Origin: Mobula hypostoma
Lineage: Eukaryota
Direction of reading: 5' to 3'
NCBI RefSeq assembly: GCF_963921235.1
Contig: NC_086097.1
Coordinates: 35,466,001-35,530,000, forward strand
DNA length: 64,000 bases
Positions within the stretch are counted from its first letter, which is position 1. Every line of letters starts with the position of its first letter. The position numbers and the translations under genes are program-made. Below, piece after piece: positions 51,505-64,000 of the stretch. A model generated the notes under the pieces. It was not told the DNA's origin. It saw nothing but the letters and a program-made list of their open reading frames with translations, and made no database searches.

Positions 51505-53172
51505 AGGTGCTGAACAAGTGCGATCTGGAATGGGAGAACGTGCAGATAATAAGAAACTTGTATTGGAAACAAAAAGCGGCGGTCAGGGTAGAAAATGAGC
51601 TATCACCATGGGTATGTATTAAACAAGGCATAAGGCAAGGCTGTGTTGGCTCGCCGGATTTGTTCAACCTCTACGGAGAATGGATTTTTCGGGAATGCAA
51701 CCATCAGGATGCAGGCATTCCAATCGGAGGCCGGAAAGTGGATAACAGGTATGCGGATGACACCGCGTTGTTAGCTGACGCGAATGCAAACTGCAAATTA
51801 TGCTGAATAAAGTGAATGAGAAAAGCCTTGACTATGGACTTAAAATCAACTCTAAGAAAACAAAATCAATGGTGGTAAGCGAAACAAATACTAAAGACTC
51901 ACTCATGATGGTATCGTTACAAATGAATGGACAAGACATTGAACAGGTGGGAAAGTTTGAATATCTTGGCAGTCGTCTGACATGACGGGAGATGTGAAGT
52001 TGAGGTCAGAAGGAGAATAGGTATGGCTAAGACACAGATCATGAAGCTAAAAGATCTACTATGCAATCGGAAGGTAGACATCCAAAGTAGAATCCGCTTC
52101 CTCGAGTGTTACGCATGGTCAGTACTGAGGTATGGATCAGAAACATGGACCCTGAAGAAGGATGACATGAAACGAATTAATGCTTTTGAAATGTGGTGCT
52201 ATCGACGAATGTTGAAGATCAGCTGGGTTAGAGAAAGTTTCAAATGAGAGGGTTTTGTCCGAAGTTGATAGACCACGGGTATTACAGGGGAAGTTTATGA
52301 AGTTAAAAGTTGCTTATTGTGGACACGTTACGCGGAGAGATAACATCTTGTCGGACTTGCTATATGAAAAGTACAAGAGCAGGGAGGTTCTACTGCAGTT
52401 GTACAAGGCCTTGGTGAGACCACATCTGGAGTACTGTGTGCAGTTTTGGTCCCCTAATCTGAGGAAAGACATTCTTGCCATAGAGGAAGTAAAAAGAAGG
52501 TTCACCAGATTGATTCCTGGGATGGCAAGACTTTCATATGATGAAAGACTGGATCGACTAGGCTTATACTCGCTGGAATTTAGAAGATTGAAGGGGGATC
52601 TTATTGAAACGTATAAAATTCTAAAGGGATTGGACAGGCTAGATACAGGAAGATTGTTCCCGATGTTGGGCAAGTCCAGAACGAGGGGTCACAGTTTAAA
52701 GATAAAGGGAAAGCCTTTTAGGACCGAGATGAGGAAAAACTTCTTCACACGGAGAGTGGTGAATCTGTGAAATTCTCTGCCACAGGAAACAGTTGAGGCC
52801 AGTTCATTGGCTATATTTAAGAGAGAGTTAGATTTGGCCCTTATGGCTAAAGGGATCAGGGGGAATGGAGAGAAGGCAGGTACAGGGTTTTGAGCTGGAT
52901 GATCAGCCATGATCATACTGAATGGTGGTGCAGGCTCGAAGGGCTGAATGGCCTACTCCTGCACCTATTTTCTATGTTTCTATGTTTCTATGTAAAGGTG
53001 GAGAGAAAGAAAGGAAGAGGAAGGCAAAGAACAACATGGCTGGATAACATCAAAGATCAGACCAAGCTGGACAAGACCAGGGATGTTCTGGACAAGTGTT
53101 GAGACAGAGTGGCGTGGAGGGAAATTGTCTGCCAAATGGAAATTCCAGATGCAACCTAATGAAGATGATGAA
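51505..53172 (+). mobile_element. RTE-clade LINE 3' half, split by a CR1
   Basis: GIRQGCVGSPDLFNLY, RYADD, GLKINSKKTK, FEYLGS, YGSETWTL, AFEMWCYRRMLKISW, GRGRQRTTW; gaagatgatga tail; frameshifted. Confidence 0.88.
52372..52988 (+). mobile_element. Young CR1 3' fragment inside the RTE element
   Basis: LYKALVRPHLEYCVQFWSP...; (ctatgttt)n tail; TSD-like tatgaaaag (52363-71) / tatgtaaag (52989-97). Confidence 0.92.
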
Positions 53173-53362
53173 TAGCTCGGAGATGGTGTTGCTTTTGTGC
53201 TGTCTTTCACAAACAAACTGTCATCATGGTCAAATAAACCCAGTGATTAATAGCCTGCAATTGATCATTGCACCAAAAATATCACCATCATTAGATGGCC
53301 AGCACCACTGAGTGAGTCTGCTCGTTACAGGACGAACAGGAAAATGGTTGATAATGCCCAAG

Positions 53363-53530
53363 GTAATATTTCAACTGGGCATTCTTAAACATTTCCAAGC
53401 ATAGTTCAGGCTATTTTCAAAGACTGCACATTCTGAAGATAATGAGGCCAATAGTAATATTTCAACTGGGCACTCTTAAACATTTCCAAGCAAAGTTCAG
53501 GCTATTTTCAAAGACTGCACATTCTGAAGA
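53363..53530. repeat. Direct duplication, 77 bp twice, period 91 bp
   Basis: gtaatatttcaactgggc...cacattctgaaga at 53363-53439 and 53454-53530, two mismatches. Confidence 0.93.
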
Positions 53531-53600
53531 CTAAATAGAAACTACACCACTGATGGAGCTCCCATGCAGCCTTGGTATCTCTGCAGCCAGGCTCGTCCAC

Positions 53601-53685
53601 TGTACGCTGTTCTTCATTGTATGCTGTTCTCCACCGAATGCTGTTCTTCATTGTATGCTGTTCTTCCCTGTATGGTGTACCTCAT
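53601..53685. repeat. 17-bp minisatellite, five copies
   Basis: Consensus tgtatgctgttcttcat. Confidence 0.85.
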
Positions 53686-53869
53686 TGCTGTTTCAGACTT
53701 TCCTTCTTGCCCTCCAACTTTCCTTCATCTCGAGCAACAGTGCAAAATACTTTGGAGCAATATCATCACCATATTCCCTTCTACCCCTCCACAGTTTTTG
53801 TCGGGGTATAGCTCTACGTTTCCTCTCCTAATTTGGTTTCTGCTGCACCCTGCTCCTTGCCGTTCTGAA

Positions 53870-56800
53870 CATTGCCTCCATCCTCCTGCTGCTCCTGAAC
53901 ATCCTAAACCCTCATGACCCCTTCTCCCTCCTGTACTTCCCTCACATCCACCTCCTCTCCATCCTGTACTTGCCCCCACACCCAAATCCTCTCCCGCCTG
54001 TATTTCACCCACACCCACATCCTCTCCCTCCAGAACTTCCCCCACACCCACATCCTGCCCCTCCTGTACTTCCCCCACACCCGCATCCTCTCCCTCCTGT
54101 ACTTCCTACACACCCACATCCTCTCCCTCCAGTAATTCCCCCACACCCACATCCAGCCCCTCCTGTACATCCTAAATGCTCACATCCTCCTCTCCCTCCT
54201 GTACTTCCCCCACATCCACCCCCTCTTCCTCCCGTACATTCCCCACACCCACATCCTCTCCCTCCTGTACTTCCCTCAAACCCAGATCCTCTACCTCCTG
54301 TACTTCCCCCCACACCCACATGCTCTCCCCGCTGTACATCCGAAACCCTCACATCCTCCTGCTGCTCCTGTGCATCATAAACCCTCACATCCACCTCTCC
54401 CGCCTGTACATCCGAAACCCTCACATCCTCCTCTCCCTCCTGTGCACCCTAAACCCTCACATCCTCCTGCTGCTCCTGTGCATCATAAACGCTCACATCC
54501 ACCTCTCCCTCCTGTACATCCTAAACCCTCACATCCTCCTCTCCCTCCTGTACATCCTAAAACCTCACATCCCCCTCTCCCTCCTGTACATCCTAAACCC
54601 TCACATCCCCCTCTCCCTCCTGTACATCCAAAACCCTCACATCCTCCTCTCCCTCCTGTACATCCTAAACCCTCACATCCTCCTCTCCCTCCTGTACATC
54701 CAAACCCTCACATCCTCCTCTCCTCCAATACATACCAAACCCTCACATCCTCCTCTCCCTCCTGTACATCCTAAACCCTCACATCCTCCTCTCCCTCCTG
54801 TACATCCTAAAACCTCACATCCCCCTCTCCCTACTGTACATCCTAAACCCTCACATCCCCCTCTCCCTCCTGTACATCCTAAACCCTCACATCCCCCTCT
54901 CCCTCCTGTACATACAAAACCCTCACATCCTCCTCTCCCTCCTGTACATCCTAAACCCTCACATCCTCCTCTCCCTCCTGTACATCCTAAACCCTCACAT
55001 CCTCCTCTCCTCCAATACATACCAAACCCTCACATCCTCCTCTCCCTCCTGTACATCCTAAACCCACACACCCACCTGCTGCTCCTGTACAACTTAAACA
55101 CTCACATCCTCCTCTCCCTCCTGTACATCCTAAACCCTCACATGCTCCTCTCCCTCCTGTACATCCTAAACCCTCACATGCTCCTCTCCCTCCTGTATAT
55201 CCTAAACCCTCACATCCTCCTCTCCCTCCTGTACATTCTAAACACTCAAATCCTCCTCTCCCTCCTTAACATTCTAAACGTTCACATCCACCTCTCCCTC
55301 CTGTACATCCTAAACACTCACATCCTCCTCTCCCTCCTATACATCCTAAACACTCACATCCTCCTGCTGCTCCTGTACAACCTAAACACTCACATCCTCC
55401 ACTCCCTCCTGTACATCCTAAACCCTCACATCCACCTCTCCCTCCTATACATCCTAAACCCTCACATCCACCTCTCCCTCCTATACATCCTAAACCCTCA
55501 CATCCACTCCCTCCTGTACATCGTAAACCCTCACATCCTCACCTACCTCCTGTACATCCTAAACCAGCACATCCTACTCTCCCTCCTGTACATCCTAAAC
55601 CCTCACATCCTCCTCTCCCTCCTGTACATCCTAAACCCTCACTTCCTCCTCTCCCTCCTGTACATCCTAAACCCTCACATGCTCCTCTCCCTCCTGTACA
55701 TCCTAAGCCATCACATCCTCCTGTCCCTCCTGTATATCCTAAACCCTCACATCCTCCTCTCGCTCCTGTACATCCGAAACCCACACATCCTCCTCTCCCT
55801 CCTGTACATCCTAAACCCTCACAACCTGCTCTCCCTCCTGTACATTCTAAACACTCAAATCCTCCTCTCCATCCTATACATCCAAAACGTACACATCAAC
55901 CTCTCCCTCCTGTACATCCCAAACCCTCACATCCATTCCCTCCTGTACATCGTAAACCCTCACATCCTCACCTACCTCCTGTACATCCTAAACCTGCACA
56001 TCCTACTCTCCCTCCTGTACATCCTAAACCCTCACATCCTCCTCTCCCTCCTGTACATCCTAAACCCTAAAATCCTCCTAACCCTCCTGTACATCCTAAA
56101 CCCTCAAATCTTCGTCTCCCTCCTCTACATCCTGAACCCGCACATCCTCCTCTCCCTCCTGTACGTCCTAAAACCTCACATCCTCCTGGCCCTCCTGTAC
56201 ATTCTAAACACTCAAATCCTCCACTCCCTCCTATACATCCTAAACGTTCACATCCCCCTCTCCCTCCTGTACATCCTGAACCCTCACATCCTCCTCTCCA
56301 TTCTGTACATCTTAAACACTCACATCCTTTTCTCCCTCCTGTACATCCTAAACCCTCACATCCACTCCCTCCTGTACATCGAAAAAAGGCTCACATCCTC
56401 CCCTACATCCTGTACATCCTGAAGCAGCACATCCTCCTCTCCCTCCTGCACATCCTAAACCGTCACATCTTCCTCTCCCTCCTGTACATCCTAAACCCTC
56501 AAATCCTCCTCTCCCACCTGTACATCCTAAGCGCTCACATCCTCCTCTCCCTCCCGTACATCCTAAACCCTCACATCGTCCGCTCCCTCCTGTACATCCT
56601 AAACCCTCACATTCTCCTCTCCCTCCTGTACATCCTAAACACTCACATCCTCCTCTCCCTGCTGTACATCCTAAACACTCACATCCTCCTGTCCCTCCTG
56701 TATATCCTAAAACCTCACATCTTCCTCTCTCTCCTGTACATCCTAAACCCTCACATCCTCCGCTCCCTCCTGTACATCCTAAACCCTCACATCCTCCTCT

Positions 56801-59800
56801 CCCTCCCGTACATCCTAAACCCTCACATCCTCCTCTTCTCCAATACATACCAAACCCTCACATCCTCCTCTCCCTCCTGTACATCCTAAACCCACACACC
56901 CTCCTGCTGCTCCTGTACAACTTAAACACTCACATCCTCCTCTCCCTCCTGTACATCCTAAACCCTCACATGCTCCTCTCCCTCCTGTATATCCTAAACC
57001 CTCACATCCTCCTCTCGCTCCTGTACATCCTAAATGCTCACATCCTCCTCTCCCTCCTGTACTTCCCCCACATCCACCCCCTCTTCCTCCCGTACATTCC
57101 CCACACCCACATCCTCTCCCTCCTGTACTTCCCTCAAACCCAGATCCTCTACCTCCTGTACTTCCCCCCACACCCACATGCTCTCCCCGCTGTACATCCG
57201 AAACCCTCACATCCTCCTGCTGCTCCTGTGCATCATAAACCCTCACATCCACCTCTCCCGCCTGTACATCCGAAACCCTCACATCCTCCTCTCCCTCCTG
57301 TGCACCCTAAACCCTCACATCCTCCTGCTGCTCCTGTGCATCATAAACGCTCACATCCACCTCTCCCTCCTGTACATCCTAAACCCTCACATCCTCCTCT
57401 CCCTCCTGTACATCCTAAAACCTCACATCCCCCTCTCCCTCCTGTACATCCTAAACCCTCACATCCCCCTCTCCCTCCTGTACATCCAAAACCCTCACAT
57501 CCTCCTCTCCCTCCTGTACATCCTAAACCCTCACATCCTCCTCTCCCTCCTGTACATCCAAACCCTCACATCCTCCTCTCCTCCAATACATACCAAACCC
57601 TCACATCCTCCTCTCCCTCCTGTACATCCTAAACCCTCACATCCTCCTCTCCCTCCTGTACATCCTAAAACCTCACATCCCCCTCTCCCTACTGTACATC
57701 CTAAACCCTCACATCCCCCTCTCCCTCCTGTACATCCTAAACCCTCACATCCCCCTCTCCCTCCTGTACATACAAAACCCTCACATCCTCCTCTCCCTCC
57801 TGTACATCCTAAACCCTCACATCCTCCTCTCCCTCCTGTACATCCTAAACCCTCACATCCTCCTCTCCTCCAATACATACCAAACCCTCACATCCTCCTC
57901 TCCCTCCTGTACATCCTAAACCCACACACCCACCTGCTGCTCCTGTACAACTTAAACACTCACATCCTCCTCTCCCTCCTGTACATCCTAAACCCTCACA
58001 TGCTCCTCTCCCTCCTGTACATCCTAAACCCTCACATGCTCCTCTCCCTCCTGTATATCCTAAACCCTCACATCCTCCTCTCCCTCCTGTACATTCTAAA
58101 CACTCAAATCCTCCTCTCCCTCCTTAACATTCTAAACGTTCACATCCACCTCTCCCTCCTGTACATCCTAAACACTCACATCCTCCTCTCCCTCCTATAC
58201 ATCCTAAACACTCACATCCTCCTGCTGCTCCTGTACAACCTAAACACTCACATCCTCCACTCCCTCCTGTACATCCTAAACCCTCACATCCACCTCTCCC
58301 TCCTATACATCCTAAACCCTCACATCCACCTCTCCCTCCTATACATCCTAAACCCTCACATCCACTCCCTCCTGTACATCGTAAACCCTCACATCCTCAC
58401 CTACCTCCTGTACATCCTAAACCAGCACATCCTACTCTCCCTCCTGTACATCCTAAACCCTCACATCCTCCTCTCCCTCCTGTACATCCTAAACCCTCAC
58501 TTCCTCCTCTCCCTCCTGTACATCCTAAACCCTCACATGCTCCTCTCCCTCCTGTACATCCTAAGCCATCACATCCTCCTGTCCCTCCTGTATATCCTAA
58601 ACCCTCACATCCTCCTCTCGCTCCTGTACATCCGAAACCCACACATCCTCCTCTCCCTCCTGTACATCCTAAACCCTCACAACCTGCTCTCCCTCCTGTA
58701 CATTCTAAACACTCAAATCCTCCTCTCCATCCTATACATCCAAAACGTACACATCAACCTCTCCCTCCTGTACATCCTAAACCCTCACATCCATTCCCTC
58801 CTGTACATCGTAAACCCTCACATCCTCACCTACCTCCTGTACATCCTAAACCTGCACATCCTACTCTCCCTCCTGTACATCCTAAACCCTCACATCCTCC
58901 TCTCCCTCCTGTACATCCTAAACCCTAAAATCCTCCTAACCCTCCTGTACATCCTAAACCCTCAAATCTTCGTCTCCCTCCTCTACATCCTGAACCCGCA
59001 CATCCTCCTCTCCCTCCTGTACGTCCTAAAACCTCACATCCTCCTGGCCCTCCTGTACATTCTAAACACTCAAATCCTCCACTCCCTCCTATACATCCTA
59101 AACGTTCACATCCCCCTCTCCCTCCTGTACATCCTGAACCCTCACATCCTCCTCTCCATTCTGTACATCTTAAACACTCACATCCTTTTCTCCCTCCTGT
59201 ACATCCTAAACCCTCACATCCACTCCCTCCTGTACATCGAAAAAAGGCTCACATCCTCCCCTACATCCTGTACATCCTGAAGCAGCACATCCTCCTCTCC
59301 CTCCTGCACATCCTAAACCGTCACATCTTCCTCTCCCTCCTGTACATCCTAAACCCTCAAATCCTCCTCTCCCACCTGTACATCCTAAGCGCTCACATCC
59401 TCCTCTCCCTCCCGTACATCCTAAACCCTCACATCGTCCGCTCCCTCCTGTACATCCTAAACCCTCACATTCTCCTCTCCCTCCTGTACATCCTAAACAC
59501 TCACATCCTCCTCTCCCTGCTGTACATCCTAAACACTCACATCCTCCTGTCCCTCCTGTATATCCTAAAACCTCACATCTTCCTCTCTCTCCTGTACATC
59601 CTAAACCCTCACATCCTCCGCTCCCTCCTGTACATCCTAAACCCTCACATCCTCCTCTCCCTCCCGTACATCCTAAACCCTCACATCCTCCTCTTCTCCA
59701 ATACATACCAAACCCTCACATCCTCCTCTCCCTCCTGTACATCCTAAACCCACACACCCTCCTGCTGCTCCTGTACAACTTAAACACTCACATCCTCCTC

Positions 59801-62800
59801 TCCCTCCTGTACATCCTAAACCCTCACATGCTCCTCTCCCTCCTGTATATCCTAAACCCTCACATCCTCCTCTCGCTCCTGTACATCCTAAATCTTCACA
59901 TCCTCCTCTCCCTCCTCTACATTCTGAACCTGCACATCCTCCTCTCCCTCCTTTACATCCTAAACCCTCACATCCTCCTCTCCCTGCTGTAGATTCCAAA
60001 CACTCAAATCCTCCTCTCCCTCCTTAACATCCTAAACGTTCACATCCACCTCTCCCTCCTGTACATCCTAAACCCTCACATCCTCCTCTCCCTCCTGTAC
60101 ATCCTAAACCCTCACATCCTCCTGTCCCTCCTGTACATCCTAAACCCTCACATGCTCCTCTCCCTCCTGTACATCCGAAACCCACACATCCTCCTCTCCC
60201 TCCTGTACATCCTAAACCCTCACAACCTGATCTCCCTCCTGTACATTCTAAACACTCAAATCCTCCTCTCCATCCTATACATCCAAAACGTACACATCCC
60301 CCTCTCCCTCCTGTACATCCAAAACCCTCACATCCATTCCCTCCTGTACATCGTAAACCCTCACATCCTCACCTACCTCCTGTACATCCTAAACCCGCAC
60401 ATCCTACTCTCCCTCCTGTACATCCTAAACCCTCACATCCTCCTCTCCCTCCTGTACATCCTAAACCCTAACATCCTCCTAACCCTCCTGTACATCCTAA
60501 ACCCTCACGTCCTCCTCTCCCTCCTCTACATCCTGAACCCTCACATCCTCCTCTCCCTCATGTACATCCTAAACCCTAACATTCTCCTAACCCTCCTGTA
60601 CATCCTAAACCCTCAAATCTTCGTCTCCCTCCTCCACATCATGAACCCGCACATCCTCCTCTCCCTCCTGTACGTCCTAAAACCTCACATCCTCCTGGCC
60701 CTCCTGTACATTCTAAACACTCAAATCCTCCTCTCATTCCTGTACATCCTAAACCCACACATCCTCCTCTCCATTCTGTACATCCTAAACCCTCACATCC
60801 TCCTCTCCATTCTGTACATCCTAAACCCTCACATCCACTACCTCCTGTACATCGAAAAAAGCCTCACATCGTCCCCTACATCCTGTACATCCTAAAGCAG
60901 CACATCCTCCTCTCCCTCCTGCACATCCTAAACCGTCACATCCTCCTCTCCCTCCTGTACATCCTAAACACTCACATCCTCCTCTCCCTGCTGTACATCC
61001 TAAACACTCACATCCTCCTGTCCCTCCTGTATATCCTAAAACCTCACATCTTCCTCTCTCTCCTGTACATCCTAAACCCTCACATCCTCCGCTGCCTCCT
61101 GTACATCCTAAACCCTCACATCCTCCTCTCCCTCCTGTACATCCTAAACCCTCACATCCTCCTCTCCTCCAATACATACCAAACCCTCACATCCTCCTCT
61201 CCCTCCTGTACATCCTAAACCCACACACCCTCCTGCTGCTCCTGTACAACTTAAACACTCACATCCTCCTCTCCCTCCTGTACATCCTAAACCCTCACAT
61301 GCTCCTCTCCCTCCTGTATATCCTAAACCCTCACATCCTCCTCTCGCTCCTGTACATCCTAAACCTTCACATCCTCCTCTCCCTCCTCTACATTCTGAAC
61401 CTGCACATCCTCCTCTCCCTCCTTTACATCCTAAACCCTCACATCCTCCTCTCCCTCCTGTAGATTCCAAACACTCAAATCCTCCTCTCCCTCCTTAACA
61501 TCCTAAACGTTCACATCCACCTCTCCCTCCTGTACATCCTAAACCCTCACATCCTCCTCTCCCTCCTGTACATCCTAAACCCTCACATCCTCCTGTCCCT
61601 CCTGTACATCCTAAACCCTCACATGCTCCTCTCCCTCCTGTACATCCGAAACCCACACATCCTCCTCTCCCTCCTGTACATCCTAAACCCTCACAACCTG
61701 CTCTCCCTCCTGTACATTCTAAACACTCAAATCCTCCTCTCCATCCTATACATCCAAAACGTACACATCAACCTCTCCCTCCTGTACATCCTAAACCCTC
61801 ACATCCATTCCCTCCTGTACATCGTAAACCCTCACATCCTCACCAACCTCCTGTACATCCTAAACCTGCACATCCTACTCTCCCTCCTGTACATCCTAAA
61901 CCCTCACATCCTCCTCTCCCTCCTGTACATCCTAAACCCTAAAATCCTCCTAACCCTCCTGTACATCCTAAACCCTCAAATCTTCGTCTCCCTCCTCTAC
62001 ATCCTGAACCCGCACATCCTCCTCTCCCTCCTGTACGTCCTAAAACCTCACATCCTCCTGGCCCTCCTGTACATTCTAAACACTCAAATCCTCCACTCCC
62101 TCCTATACATCCTAAACGTTCACATCCCCCTCTCCCTCCTGTACATCCTGAACCCTCACATCCTCCTCTCCATTCTGTACATCTTAAACACTCACATCCT
62201 TTTCTCCCTCCTGTACATCCTAAACCCTCACATCCACTCCCTCCTGTACATCGAAAAAAGGCTCACATCCTCCCCTACATCCTGTACATCCTGAAGCAGC
62301 ACATCCTCCTCTCCCTCCTGCACATCCTAAACCGTCACATCTTCCTCTCCCTCCTGTACATCCTAAACCCTCAAATCCTCCTCTCCCACCTGTACATCCT
62401 AAGCGCTCACATCCTCCTCTCCCTACCGTACATCCTAAACCCTCACATCGTCCGCTCCCTCCTGTACATCCTAAACCCTCACATTCTCCTCTCCCTCCTG
62501 TACATCCTAAACACTCACATCCTCCTCTCCCTGCTGTACATCCTAAACACTCACATCCTCCTGTCCCTCCTGTATATCCTAAAACCTCACATCTTCCTCT
62601 CTCTCCTGTACATCCTAAACCCTCACATCCTCCGCTCCCTCCTGTACATCCTAAACCCTCACATCCTCCTCTCCCTCCTGTACATCCTAAACCCTCACAT
62701 CCTCCTCTCCTCCAATACATACCAAACCCTCACATCCTCCGCTCCCTCCTGTACATCCTAAACCCACACACCCTCCTGCTGCTCCTGTACAACTTAAACA

Positions 62801-64000
62801 CTCACATCCTCCTCTCCCTCCTGTACATCCTAAACCCTCACATGCTCCTCTCCCTCCTGTATATCCTAAACCTTCACATCCTCCTCTCGCTCCTGTACAT
62901 CCTAAACCTTCACATCCTCCTCTCCCTCCTCTACATTCTGAACCTGCACATCCTCCTCTCCCTCCTTTACATCCTAAACCCTCACATCCTCCTCTCCCTC
63001 CTGTAGATTCCAAACATTCAAATCCTCCTCTCCCTCCTTAACATCCTAAACGTTCACATCCACCTCTCCCTCCTGTACATCCTAAACCCTCACATTCTCC
63101 TCTCCCTCCTGTACATCCTAAACCCTCACATCCTCCTGTCCCTCCTGTACATCCTAAACCCTCACATGCTCCTCTCCCTCCTGTACATCCGAAACCCACA
63201 CATCCTCCTCTCCCTCCTGTACATCCTAAACCCTCACAACCTGATCTCCCTCCTGTACATTCTAAACACTCAAATCCTCCTCTCCATCCTATACATCCAA
63301 AACGTACACATCCCCCTCTCCCTCCTGTACATCCAATACCCTCACATCCATTCCCTCCTGTACATCGTAAACCCTCACATCCTCACCTACCTCCTGTACA
63401 TCCTAAACCCGCACATCCTACTCTCCCTCCTGTACATCCTAAACCCTCACATCCTCCTCTCCCTCCTGTACATCCTAAACCCTAACATCCTCCTAACCCT
63501 CCTGTACATCCTAAACCCTCACGTCCTCCTCTCCCTCCTCTAAATCCTGAACCCTCACATCCTCCTCTCCCTCATGTACATCCTAAATCCTAACATTCTC
63601 CTAACCCTCCTGTACATCCTAAACCCTCAAATCTTCGTCTCCCTCCTCTACATCATGAACCCGCACATCCTCCTCTCCCTCCTGTACGTCCTAAAACCTC
63701 ACATCCTCCTGGCCCTCCTGTACATTCTAAACACTCAAATCCTCCTCTCATTCCTGTACATCCTAAACCCTCACATCCTCCTCTCCATTCTGTACATCCT
63801 AAACCCTCACATCCTCCTCTCCATTCTGTACATCCTAAACCCTCACATCCACTACCTCCTGTACATCGAAAAAAGCCTCACATCGTCCCCTACATCCTGT
63901 ACATCCTAAAGCAGCACATCCTCCTCTCCCTCCTGCACATCCTAAACCGTCACATCCTCCTCTCCCTCCTGTACATCCTAAACCCTCAAATCCTCCTCTC
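53870..64000. repeat. 36-bp satellite array with higher-order structure, running off the window
   Basis: Monomer cctcacatcctcctctccctcctgtacatcctaaac; 33-bp variant monomers at ~53915-54330 and ~57050-57190; marker spacings of 2858 and 3014 bp. Confidence 0.98.

Noticed and set aside
52255..52770. 171-aa ORF joining RTE and CR1 sequence as a chimeric gene
   Set aside because: Chance in-frame junction of a nested insertion between two truncated elements.
54176..59280. Two 748-aa ORFs (PHILLSLLYILN repeats) and overlapping Pro-rich extensin-like or Gly/Cys-rich ORFs
   Set aside because: A 36-bp monomer leaves several frames open by default; frames switch freely at indels and there is no signal peptide or unique domain.
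53870..64000. 36-bp repeat as a CRISPR array
   Set aside because: Monomers are contiguous with no unique spacers, no cas genes, eukaryotic context.

Overview
Gene-poor, repeat-dominated vertebrate genomic DNA. The repeat families (CR1 LINEs with 8-bp tails, V-domain HE1-like SINEs, Rex1/Babar LINEs, Penelope-like elements) point to a cartilaginous fish, probably a ray; this is an inference. No host protein-coding exon could be recognised. Positions 1-53.5 kb are a nested transposon mosaic. It contains two young, inverted copies of one CR1 subfamily (one with an open 963-aa ORF2 whose RT catalytic motif reads FEND instead of FADD), older CR1s, Rex1/Babar and RTE LINE fragments, and a full-length IR/DR-type DD34E Tc1 element. 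It also contains a non-autonomous Tc1 element, a Tigger/MER2-like MITE that resembles the mammalian element as I recall it, two probable solo LTRs, and many Penelope-like pseudo-LTR insertions, some carrying minimal type I hammerhead ribozyme motifs and inverted structures. From about 53.87 kb to the end is a 36-bp C-rich satellite with higher-order periods of 2858 and 3014 bp. The long ORFs in the satellite are repeat artefacts. Boundaries of old elements are approximate, read by eye.
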